Shown in pieces: positions 31,128 to 39,930 of a stretch of 64,000 nt of DNA (positions within the stretch are counted from its first letter, which is position 1; each line of letters opens with the position of its first letter). The stretch covers positions 2,560,001 through 2,624,000 of the forward strand of contig OY970355.1 of NCBI GenBank assembly GCA_963718525.1, given 5' to 3'. A program made the position numbers and the translations under genes. This DNA is from Candidatus Dormiibacterota bacterium. Lineage in GTDB: Bacteria > Chloroflexota > Dormibacteria > Aeolococcales > Aeolococcaceae. Below the pieces are notes generated by a model. The model was not told the DNA's origin. It ran no database searches and saw only the letters and a program-made list of their open reading frames with translations.

Positions 31128-31451
31128 TTGACTGAACCAGGGAACGTGTCCGAGCGATGGTATGACGCCAATGACATCGGCGGCCGAGCCGCCTTCTTCC
31201 GTGACCTCATAGCGATCTTTCGCAAGGACCACCCGCGCGAACCGCACTGGGAAAACCGTCAACGCCTCTGGCAGCTCATCGAGAAACACGGAGGAAGCCT
31301 GGACGGCCGCCCAACCTGGCTGCGCATCGTCTCCGAGATGATCGATAAGGATACGGTTGAGGTTAGGCAAACTCAGGAGGACGGCGCCTACAAACTCTTC
31401 AACTTCACAGCGGCGGAAACACGCGACCTGAGAGTCGGGCCGGCTCAGTAA
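31128..31451 (+). CDS. Hypothetical protein (about 107 aa)
   Basis: AGGAGG RBS before a TTG start, immediately inside the conserved element end. Confidence 0.55.
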   Translation: MTEPGNVSERWYDANDIGGRAAFFRDLIAIFRKDHPREPHWENRQRLWQLIEKHGGSLDGRPTWLRIVSEMIDKDTVEVRQTQEDGAYKLFNFTAAETRDLRVGPAQ

Positions 31452-31580
31452 CGCCGGGAAGGCAGCGCGAGAGCGGAGCTCGAGCACCGAACGTCTCCAG
31501 CGATGTGGCGATACGCGCGTCGTCACGCCGGCTGAGCTCGTCGATCACCGGTATGAGCACGTGCGACGCATTTGGTCGGA

Positions 31581-31610
31581 TGTAACCGTTCATGACGTGT
31601 TCCCGTTGAA
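31581..31610 (+). promoter_or_regulatory. Putative ECF-sigma promoter TGTAAC-N17-CGTTGAA
   Basis: Paralog of 29255-29283. Confidence 0.55.
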
Positions 31611-31625
31611 TGGGTGAAGGTCGAC

Positions 31626-32048
31626 ATGAAACTCACAACCATCATCAGCGCTGCGATCGCCGCCGCTGGCCTCGCCGCCTGTGGGTCGACAGCCACGCCG
31701 ACTGCGCGGCCAACCGTCACCCCGACAGTAGCGCCGACGACCGCCCCGACTGCTACACCTACTCCGGCGCCATCGCCCGTCCCGACACCTACACCTAAGC
31801 CTCAGCTAAGCGTCTACGTGACGACTACGTGTGGTGTGGCTGGCACGGCTCAGGGTGGAAGCGTCACGTTTCATGGAGTGAAGCCCGGAGAGTGGATGGG
31901 CTGGGGTTCTGATCCCGAAATCATGAAGTTCCCCACCGTTACATATGGGCCAGTGACCGTTGGACGTTGGTCGTGGAGTGTTTGGGATGATTCGAAGGTC
32001 GAGTTCGTCGCGCACGGCGCGTTCACCATCCCGGCTTGCCCGGGGTAG
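31626..32048 (+). CDS. Small lipoprotein with PT-rich linker
   Basis: MKLTTIISAAIAAAGLAAC lipobox. Confidence 0.8.
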   Translation: MKLTTIISAAIAAAGLAACGSTATPTARPTVTPTVAPTTAPTATPTPAPSPVPTPTPKPQLSVYVTTTCGVAGTAQGGSVTFHGVKPGEWMGWGSDPEIMKFPTVTYGPVTVGRWSWSVWDDSKVEFVAHGAFTIPACPG

Positions 32049-32239
32049 GCGTTACAGCGACTGCATCTGACAACTTGAAAACCGGCTAGGTCGCGGCCCT
32101 GCCTGCGGCTATCGAAGTCTGAGCAGCCCGACCTAGGGTTGAGCGCGTCGCCTGCTACGCGTTGATCGACCTCATCAGCCGCGTAGGCACATTATCGACG
32201 CTCCGAGCGCTGTGCTAGCAGGCCCGGAACGCGTATCCA

Positions 32240-32325
32240 CTCAGTTTCGAACACGGAGGCGGATCCGAGAAGCGAAAAACAAGAAAGAGATACCCGGCAA
32301 CGACCCGGACGCGTACGCCGTGGTA
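32240..32325. repeat. 5S-end att-like junction, copy 3 (core 32287-32300; identity to 5S extends through CGACC)
   Basis: AGAGATACCCGGCAACGACC; CTCAGTTTCGAACAC at -47. Confidence 0.85.
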
Positions 32326-32374
32326 ATGCTAAGCGAGGACTACGAGACGCACTGTGAATGAACCCGGCTTGGGC

Positions 32375-32980
32375 TCATCTGCCGATAGCAAGGGCGAGAA
32401 GGGTATTGACCGCAGTCTCGAACGGGCGGGTACTCCGTTGCACCTGGGCGAGTAGAAGTCCGCCTTGGAGCGTGGCGAGGAGCGTAGTCGCGAGGTCGTC
32501 CGGGTCGATCCCCGACGGGAGCTTCCCGTCGGCATGAAGGGATCTGAGTCCATCGCCGATGGCGGCTGCCCACTGATCGAACCCTGCCGCTATGAGCACT
32601 CGGGCCTCGGGGTCACACTCTGCCAGTTGACCACCGAGCGAGCCTAGGGGGCAGCCCCCCTTTGCTTTGGTGCGCTTCGCTTCGGTGATCACCATCTTCC
32701 GCCAGGCTTCGACTCCGTTCGCGCTGCGGAGCAACCGCCCCTGGTTATTGACGATGGCGTCGGCCTGGTAATCGATGACCGCCTGCACGAGTTCGTTCTT
32801 GTCGGGAAAGTAGTGGTACATCTGAGAGCCGCTGACTTCCGCCGCCACCTTGACGTCTTCCAAGGTGGTGCTCGCCACCCCGCGCTCATGGATCAGGGCG
32901 GCGGCCTCCTCCACTATTCGTGCCCGGGTGCGTGCTCCCTTGGGGGTGAGCCTCGGCCGGTCACTCATCTCGTTGACCAT
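32375..32980 (-). CDS. TetR/AcrR-family regulator
   Basis: TRARIVEEAAALIHERGVASTTLEDV...SQMYHYFPDKNEL; GGCPLGSL. Confidence 0.92.
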   Translation of the reverse strand: MVNEMSDRPRLTPKGARTRARIVEEAAALIHERGVASTTLEDVKVAAEVSGSQMYHYFPDKNELVQAVIDYQADAIVNNQGRLLRSANGVEAWRKMVITEAKRTKAKGGCPLGSLGGQLAECDPEARVLIAAGFDQWAAAIGDGLRSLHADGKLPSGIDPDDLATTLLATLQGGLLLAQVQRSTRPFETAVNTLLALAIGR

Positions 32981-33001
32981 GCACCAATGTTAGCAGGATT
33001 T

Positions 33002-33050
33002 TGAGTTTGACAACCCAGTCCGGACCTGTCAGAGTGGGTCGCACAACCCA
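33002..33050. promoter_or_regulatory. Two probable TetR operators overlapping a TTGACA -35
   Basis: TGAGTTTGACAACCCA and TGGGTCGCACAACCCA (TGRGT-N6-ACCCA inverted repeats) lie between the divergent tetR and SDR genes. Confidence 0.6.
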
Positions 33051-33076
33051 TTTTTTAGCGACAGGAGGCACATCGC

Positions 33077-33826
33077 ATGACCGACCTCAAGGGCAAGACC
33101 GCTCTGGTTACGGGCTCGACGAGCGGTATCGGCAAGGCGACGGCCATCGCCTTGGCCGCCCGCGGCGCTCACGTACTGGTGGTCGGGCGCAACGAACAAC
33201 GAGCCAAAGACGTGGTGGCCGAGATCGAAGGCAGCGGAGGCAGCGCAACGTTCCGGCTCACCACGTTGAGCGATCTGAAATCAGCCCACGAGCTGGCCGA
33301 ATGGGCCATTGAGGCAGGCGACGGTCATGTCGACATCCTCATCAACAACGCTGGCGTCGCCTTGCTCGGACCAAGCAACGCAGCCACCGAAGCAGACTTC
33401 GACGAGAGCTTTGCAGTCAACGTCAAGGTTCCGTTCTTCCTCGTCGCGTCACTGGCGCCAGCCATGGCCGAACGCGGATGGGGTTCGATCGTCAACGTCT
33501 CCACGATGGTCGCCAGCTTCGGACAGGCAGGCATGGCTCTGTATGGCGCCAGCCGAGCGGCTCTCGAACTGTTGACGAAGGCCTGGGCTGCCGAATACGG
33601 CCCGGGTGGTGTTCGGGTCAACGCCGTTGCCCCCGGCCCGACACGGACCCGCACGATGGAAGCAGTCCCTGAAGAGATGGTGAATCAGCTCGCAGCACAA
33701 GCACCAGCAGGTCGCGTAGCTCAGCCCGAGGAACTTGCTGCGGCGATCGTCTTCCTCGCCAGTGATGATGCCAGCTTCGTCCACGGCGTCACTCTTGCAG
33801 TCGATGGAGGCCGAGTAGCGACGTAA
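33077..33826 (+). CDS. SDR-family oxidoreductase
   Basis: TGSTSGIG, NNAG, YGASR (YxxxK with K to R), VNAVAPG, VDGG. Confidence 0.93.
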   Translation: MTDLKGKTALVTGSTSGIGKATAIALAARGAHVLVVGRNEQRAKDVVAEIEGSGGSATFRLTTLSDLKSAHELAEWAIEAGDGHVDILINNAGVALLGPSNAATEADFDESFAVNVKVPFFLVASLAPAMAERGWGSIVNVSTMVASFGQAGMALYGASRAALELLTKAWAAEYGPGGVRVNAVAPGPTRTRTMEAVPEEMVNQLAAQAPAGRVAQPEELAAAIVFLASDDASFVHGVTLAVDGGRVAT

Positions 33827-33896
33827 CGCTTGTCGGCGCGACGTTCAAGTGCGAAGACATAGAACAGATCGCAACCAACAACTGAGGAGTATCCAC

Positions 33897-34217
33897 ATGA
33901 GCGCATACGTAATTGTCGAATTCACGGTCAAGGACCCGGATGTTTATCGTGAGAAATACAGCCGCAACGCTGGACAGACGGCCAAAGAGCACGGAGGCGA
34001 GGCTCTCGCCAACAGTAACTGGGAGATCCTGCATGGCGATGGCTCGCTCACCTCAGGGGCACTCATGCGGTTTCCGGACCATAAGGCGGCCGTCAGTTGG
34101 TACAACTCGCCTGAATATCAGCAGCTGATCGATGTCCGAGGTGTCGCGATGGATGCCCGTTTCAGCTTGCTCGACGGCCTCCCTACGCGCACAGAAGAGG
34201 ACAGCACATCCCAATGA
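33897..34217 (+). CDS. DUF1330 family protein
   Basis: MSAYVIV...Y...HGG...FPD...WYNSPEYQ. Confidence 0.85.
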   Translation: MSAYVIVEFTVKDPDVYREKYSRNAGQTAKEHGGEALANSNWEILHGDGSLTSGALMRFPDHKAAVSWYNSPEYQQLIDVRGVAMDARFSLLDGLPTRTEEDSTSQ

Positions 34218-34309
34218 GCGCACTTCCAGGAAAGACGGTACTCATCACCAGCGCCAACGCCGGGATCGGCAACGATGTGGCCCGGCAACTGGCGTTTCGT
34301 ATCACTTAA
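34214..34309 (+). pseudogene. Truncated SDR N-terminus (31 aa)
   Basis: MSALPGKTVLITSANAGIGNDVARQLA, a Rossmann start. ATGA-coupled to DUF1330 and cut off just before junction 4. Confidence 0.7.
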
Positions 34310-34336
34310 TGACGCTTTTTGCGCAATCCTGCCCCG

Positions 34337-34474
34337 ACTGTTTTTGCACAAACGCCCAGCTTGGAAAACAAGAGAGAGATACCCGGCAAGCATCCACGCC
34401 TATGCGCTGTGCTTGTGCGACGAGACAATCTCAGACGCGGCGAGCGCGGAGGGCGCAGTTATCTGCTCTGTTTC
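34337..34474. repeat. 5S-end att-like junction, copy 4 (core 34376-34389)
   Basis: AAACAAGAGAGAGATACCCGGCAAGCATCC is identical to copy 1. TATCTGCTCTGTTT at +84, directly upstream of the recombinase. Confidence 0.87.
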
Positions 34475-34495
34475 AATCCGTCACCGAGGACCGTC

Positions 34496-35371
34496 ATGGC
34501 AACGCCAGCAGCCCCGGCCGTTTCCCGGCAATCTGAGCGCCGGCTCGCCGTCTCTCTCGACGTGGTGCGCGAGTACCAGGCCGCGAGCAAGGCTCCGGCC
34601 ACCACGCGGGCTTATGCCTCCGACTGGCGGCGCTTCACCGCCTGGTGCGACGACAGGGGCCTGTCGCCGCTCCCTGCTACTCCGGAGACCGTGAGTCACT
34701 ATCTCGCCGACGCGGCCGAGAACGGCTACCGGGCGGCGACCATCACCCGCTGGGCGGCTGCGATCAGCCAAGCGCACCAGGCGGCGGGACACGCGACCCC
34801 GACCGCTGCGCTCGAGGTGCGGGCTTGCCTACGTGGCATCCGCCGTACCCTCGGCACCGTGGGCCGCCAGGCCGCGCCGATCACCCCGGTCACCCTGCGA
34901 CGGATGCTCCGCCACGTCAGTCGGCGCAATGGTGAGCTGCGGGTCCTCCGCGACCGCGCGCTGCTCCTGGTGGGCTTCGCCTCCGGGCTGCGCCGCTCCG
35001 AGCTGGTCGGGCTGGACGTCGAGGACGTCGAGGAGACGGCCGAGGGTCTGATCCTCAACATTCGCCGCAGCAAGACCGACCAGGAGGGACAGGGACGCCG
35101 TATCGGCGTCTGCCACGGGCGCCACCACGAGACGGACCCGGTTGCCGCCCTGCGGGTCTGGCTCGCCGCCTCGGCAACTGACGCGGGGCCTATCGAGCGG
35201 TACAGCGGTCACTCTCTCCGGGCCGGCATGGCGACATCTGCCGCTGGAGCCGGTGCGAGCGAGGCCGCCATCACGGCGCAGGGCGGATGGCAGTCCGTAC
35301 AGATGGCTCGGCGTTACGTGCGGGACGGGCAGATCTTCCGCGTCGCCTCAGCGCTCGGACTGGGGCTGTAG
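34496..35371 (+). CDS. Cre-like tyrosine recombinase (SAM-like N-domain), probably with an internal deletion
   Basis: TTRAYASDWRRF, RDRALLLVGFASGLRRSEL (R), RRSKTDQ (K), GHSLRAG (HxxR), GGW (W), MARRY (Y). The segment normally found between GP(I/L)F and YSGHS looks about 30 aa short. Confidence 0.85.
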   Translation: MATPAAPAVSRQSERRLAVSLDVVREYQAASKAPATTRAYASDWRRFTAWCDDRGLSPLPATPETVSHYLADAAENGYRAATITRWAAAISQAHQAAGHATPTAALEVRACLRGIRRTLGTVGRQAAPITPVTLRRMLRHVSRRNGELRVLRDRALLLVGFASGLRRSELVGLDVEDVEETAEGLILNIRRSKTDQEGQGRRIGVCHGRHHETDPVAALRVWLAASATDAGPIERYSGHSLRAGMATSAAGAGASEAAITAQGGWQSVQMARRYVRDGQIFRVASALGLGL

Positions 35372-35440
35372 GCTTTCGGAGGGCCCATGAGGCGGGTGCT
35401 TCTACACCGCAGTCCCACGTCGTGCGAAGCCAACATCATG

Positions 35441-35812
35441 CTAGGGCAGCGGAGGTGGGGCGGGGATCTGCGCTGTGGCCTGAGCAAAGTCGTACCCGCA
35501 GGAACGGCAAACGGTGAGCCCCTTCTTCACGTCATTGCCACAACGCGGGCACTGACGGTGCCGCGGCCTGCTCATCAGCCATATCAAGCCCAGAACCACG
35601 AAACCGATGAACCAGATGAGAACGATCAGCGTGACGCCAATCCCGGCGCCAACCGCCGTCCCGGCTTGACAACCAGACAGTGCCCCGTCAGTCAGCCCCG
35701 CGCAGTTGTCGCTGGTGCTGGCGATTCCGGCGATCAGCCAGATGACGATAAGGACGTTGAATATGGCGAGCGCCCAGGTAGCCTTGCGCCAGTGGGGAAC
35801 CAGTCGACCCAT
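35441..35812 (-). CDS. Two-TM membrane protein with C-terminal zinc ribbon
   Basis: Two TMs, then CPRCG...VCRSCGYDF; GGAGG RBS. Confidence 0.75.
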   Translation of the reverse strand: MGRLVPHWRKATWALAIFNVLIVIWLIAGIASTSDNCAGLTDGALSGCQAGTAVGAGIGVTLIVLIWFIGFVVLGLIWLMSRPRHRQCPRCGNDVKKGLTVCRSCGYDFAQATAQIPAPPPLP

Positions 35813-35928
35813 TTTGACTTCACCTCCCTGGGATCAACGTCCCATCGGGACCGCACGATACGCACTGCCACGTCGAGCGTCAACGCGGTTGGCACTCGCC
35901 TGGCTCGTGGCAGACCACCCGTCACAAG

Positions 35929-35959
35929 AGAGGCCCTTGACGCGCTACCAAGGGCCTCT
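35929..35959. terminator. Perfect 11-bp hairpin (terminator-like)
   Basis: AGAGGCCCTTG-N9-CAAGGGCCTCT. Confidence 0.5.
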
Positions 35960-36114
35960 TAGGAAGGGATGAATTGCGGGATTCAGTGCATGGGCCATAG
36001 CCCTGCGGGCGACTGGCGGGTCGTTCAACGCCAGGGCTAACAGGGATGTTCTTGCCTTTCGCCCGGCCCCGAGCTACCAACATAGGTCGTATTGACGAGC
36101 CCTAGCGCGGGCGA

Positions 36115-36645
36115 TCAGCCCGAGAGACCCAGCTCGCCGCTGAGGGATGCATCGGCCGCCGTCAAGGCGCTCTGCGCGGGAGTCACCGTGTTGAAAATTG
36201 CGTTGTAGTTGCTGATGTTGTCTGTGTTCGCCGCAAGCGTGCCCATCACGTTTTCAAGCGCCGCGTCCGCGCTGAGAACGGCCTGAACATCTGCAGCGTC
36301 AGCTGGCGGGAACGTTATTGCTTGAACAGCGGTATCAAATGTTTGGCGCGCGCTGATCTGGGCATTGATGGCCGCAGCGGCTCCAGTCGGATCCGTAGAG
36401 GCCTTGTTCTGCTCCGCGATCTGTGCGTTGACAGCCGTGACCATTGCGTTGAAGGCAGTTGAATACGCGCTCGCAGCCACTAGCTCAGCGGCGGCCGCTG
36501 ACGCCGAGCTGTTCGCGGCAGCTCCGCCCGCGGAGCTTGCCGACGAGATGGCCGAGGGCGGCGATCCGCCGCACGCGACGATAACCACGGTTGCGGCCGA
36601 CGCGACGAACCCCACGATGACCCAGCGTTTCACAGTCGTCGCCAT
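36115..36645 (-). CDS. Ala-rich helical lipoprotein
   Basis: Lipobox IVAC; GGAGG RBS. Confidence 0.75.
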   Translation of the reverse strand: MATTVKRWVIVGFVASAATVVIVACGGSPPSAISSASSAGGAAANSSASAAAAELVAASAYSTAFNAMVTAVNAQIAEQNKASTDPTGAAAAINAQISARQTFDTAVQAITFPPADAADVQAVLSADAALENVMGTLAANTDNISNYNAIFNTVTPAQSALTAADASLSGELGLSG

Positions 36646-37033
36646 CGTCGTTACCTCCAATCCCCTATCGACCGAATTCCCGTCGAGACGGCGACGACGA
36701 CCGTCGTTCTTGAGGATCGCCCCGCCGATCGAGAAGCGCCTGGATTGCCTTCATGTGTCTGTTCGGCATCCTACGAACCGGCCAGGTCTAATCATTGCCC
36801 GCGATCTTGATGTGACACACCCTGGGTCACTCGCCTGCGCCCTCCGTCCCCTAGGGAGCGATCGCCGCCGCGAGAAACCACCCGATGCCGACCGCTGTCA
36901 TCCCGACACCGCTGCGCTGCTTCATGGCTTGGCTACCTTCCTTGAAGTCTCAGCCAACCGAACGAGCCCCGGTGCCGGCGCCGAACTGACCCTGGTTGGA
37001 GAGCGCTCCACGTCGCTTTTCGGATCCCGGCAA

Positions 37034-37843
37034 TTAGCTCTCGGCGAACCAATAGTCTAGAAAATCCGTGTTCGATGGGCCTCCCTCACCGACTGGACCC
37101 GGAGCAGCAAGATTGTACGTCCCCGACTGATTGATCATGTTGATGCCGGTGTACGAGAAGAAACCGATCCCCAACTTCTTGCCGCCCGCCGTCGCGTACG
37201 CGGAGGAGAATCCAATCTGCTCCTGGGCCGTCGTGTTAGACCACTCAGCCAGATTGCCGATCGAGCCGCCATACGTGGGCGCTTCACCGATCCACTCGGC
37301 AGAACTTCGTGTGCAGGTCAGCCCTGAGGCACAAGTCTGAGTAGTAGAAAACGAATGCCTGTGCGCCGTAGTCGTGTCGTTGACGACAATTTTGAACTTT
37401 CCACTTGCGTAGGTGACGCTTGCCGTGATGGAGTCGCCGGGGAACACGCCATAGGCGATCTGAATGTCGTTGGTCGGATACATCTCCCACCAAGCGTAGT
37501 AAGAGGGACTCGTGCCCGAGCAGTACGCATAAGTACCGCCCTGCTCGACTGTATTATCGCTGAAGCCATCCAGGCCAACCCAGAATGCATGGGACTCGTT
37601 GACGGTCCCGAGGCACGTCGCCTTGGGCACCTTCCACTTCGCCGTGACGAACGTGAATCGCTTTGCCGAGGCGGAGGCGGCGGCAAAACCCGACCAGTTG
37701 TAGCTGGTCACCCCTCCCGGCCCACCCTCGCTTCCGGGGATGTTCGCACCACTCCGGGCAGTTGGAACTGATGGTGCGGCGGCGAGTGTAAGGCTGGCGA
37801 GAGCCACGGCCAAGCCGAGCGTTCCGGGGATGATCCGTTTCAT
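37034..37843 (-). CDS. Secreted G1-family glutamic endopeptidase
   Basis: Signal peptide; SYNWSG, WVGLDG, EQGG (catalytic Q), WWEMYP, SAEWIGE (catalytic E). Confidence 0.9.
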   Translation of the reverse strand: MKRIIPGTLGLAVALASLTLAAAPSVPTARSGANIPGSEGGPGGVTSYNWSGFAAASASAKRFTFVTAKWKVPKATCLGTVNESHAFWVGLDGFSDNTVEQGGTYAYCSGTSPSYYAWWEMYPTNDIQIAYGVFPGDSITASVTYASGKFKIVVNDTTTAHRHSFSTTQTCASGLTCTRSSAEWIGEAPTYGGSIGNLAEWSNTTAQEQIGFSSAYATAGGKKLGIGFFSYTGINMINQSGTYNLAAPGPVGEGGPSNTDFLDYWFAES

Positions 37844-38119
37844 GTGCCTCCTAAGCTGGTCGTACTCGCACCGACTTGCTCTGAAGAGACTGGGTGACCG
37901 TTGCGAGCAACCAGAATCCCTCCCGACTGCGCCGATTATGCGGGATCGCGTTAGCGGTTGGCGCATCCCGACCGCATGAGCGCCACCACGAGCAGACCTT
38001 TCTTGATCATTACCCCAACCCAGGTAGCTCGGTGCGCCTCAGTTAGCGATGCCGTTCAACGGGTCTTTGGTGATGGACAGTTCCCCGGGCGGCTGCCGCG
38101 GATTGGGCGGCGTGACTCT

Positions 38120-38580
38120 TCACAACGGCCAACGGCGGGCAGTAGTAGCCCTGAATTTCGTCGTCCCAGCGGACACCTCCGCAAATGCGCGATCGTCGGC
38201 CTCCTCGGCCCTCGCTCTGAGGACGAAGTAGGCTCGCCAACGCATATGGGGCGGTTTCCCCGGGAAGGGCACGAGGAGACTGGCGGATCCTCCCATCCGC
38301 AGCCGAATGGCCTGAGCACGTGTGATGGCTCGATCCCCAGCCGTAGCCCGCTGAGATGCATAGACGAGACGGTGGCAGTTGCGGCAGCGGAGAGTTCCCG
38401 CGAGCTGGTACAGACGGATCGCACGGCAGCCGCACCCCGGGCAGAGCCACCAGGCACGCTCGCCCCCGAAGGGGCACGGCGTGTACGAGATCTCCACCGC
38501 GCCCTCCCGTTCGGCGTAGCGGCGATGGTGCCACAGGCGAATATCCAGGACGGGGCAACTTTCGACAGTTAATGGCGTCC
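38120..38580 (-). CDS. MGE-associated zinc-finger hypothetical protein, probably 5'-truncated
   Basis: TPCPFGGERAWWLCPGC...LY...RCRNCHRLVYASQ and KPxxMRWRxY, a pattern I associate with phage satellites and ICEs. Confidence 0.65.
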
Positions 38581-39094
38581 CGTACCTGGGCCACTGACCC
38601 GATCCTAAGCCGCCCCTTTCACCGAAATCTTCTGAGTTTCGACGCGAGCCCGGATTTGCTCGAGGAGCCGCAGACGAGACATCGATGGTGCTCGGGGCCA
38701 TCGCCAGGGACCACGCTATTGCTCCCTACCTGAGCGATAAGTGAGCGCTATCGGGCGGGATGAGCCACGCCAACGGGAGCCTTGGTTGGGCGACCAAACT
38801 ATGTCGCGACACTACAACAGATGTGTAGCACCATTGCCAGAAGCTCCGCGGCGCGGCTCATGCGGTTCTGCCGTCCATCGGGTCCGCCGCCAGGGGTCAG
38901 CGTCCATAGGGACTGGCGCCCATCGACGGTTCCAGCAAGGGTCGGACCAGACAACCAGACACCCTTAAGTGACCACTTGTCTGTCTGGTTGGTCAACTGC
39001 GCCCCAGAGGGGGCTACTGCCCCCCGCTCTCTGAGGCTCCGCGCCAGGTCGTGTCGTGTCTGTCTGCCAGACATGTCTGGTGCCGTTTTCGTAT

Positions 39095-39880
39095 TCACGC
39101 GACACCCCCGAGCCCTATTTGTCTGGTACGTGTCTGGTTAGCGTCGTCGAAGGCCGCGAGCGCCCATTTGGTGGGCTCGGTGCCGGGTACGGGGACGAAC
39201 AGCCGGCCAGACATCCTTTTGAGGGTTGTCCGGACGGTTTCGGTGTTCGCGTCGAGGTGATCGGCGATGTCTGCGACGGTGCGGGGCGACGTCTTCAGGA
39301 GTGCGCGAATGCGGGCTTTGAGCGGCATGGCGCCGGCCAGGTCGGGAATGCTGGCGATGTCGGCTCGCGTGATCGTCGTCTTGGGCTCGAACTCGAAGTG
39401 CAACGCGAACGGCTGGGCCTTGGTGCCGTCGTTGCTCTTCTTGCTGGTGAGCGCAAGGTCGAGCCGCGGTGATCCCGGCTCCTGGGACGCCTTGACGAAC
39501 CAGGTCAACCGGGCCGAGTTGTGCCAGAAGGTCGAGCCGAATGGTCGGTCCTCGTCGCCACCTCTGTTGATGTGGGCGAGCAGACAACTCCCCACCTCGA
39601 GGCGGGACAGAGCTTGGAAGAAGTCGAGGCAGACGCCGGCGCCTTCGGGAGGACCGGCACAGGCGAGCGCGACGGAGTCGAGGAAGATATACCGGATCTC
39701 GTGCTCGTGGATGATGCGTTGCAACCGTTCCACCTGGGCGCTCAGCGGTCCCTCGCTCGCGCAGGGGACGTACAGCACCGAGGGCAGCGGAGCACCGTCC
39801 CCACACAGGGCGCCCATGCGCCGGCGGTGGGGGGCGGCTCGCCACTCGAAGTCCAGATATGCGGTCTTCAACCGTTGCGA
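39095..39880 (-). pseudogene. AAA_25/RepA-like SF4 helicase C-terminal part plus HTH, lacking Walker A
   Basis: AYLDFE, Walker B IFLDS, LLAH, FGSTFWHNSAR, KSN; C-terminal HTH. The 5' end abuts the 5S junction. Confidence 0.7.
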
Positions 39881-39930
39881 GAGGGGCAGACCCAAAGGCC
39901 TCACGTTGAGGCGAGATACAAAAGAGAGAT

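Noticed and set aside
35962-36000. c-di-AMP (ydaO) riboswitch suggested by CTGAATCC on the minus strand
   Set aside because: The downstream conserved elements are absent and the order is wrong.
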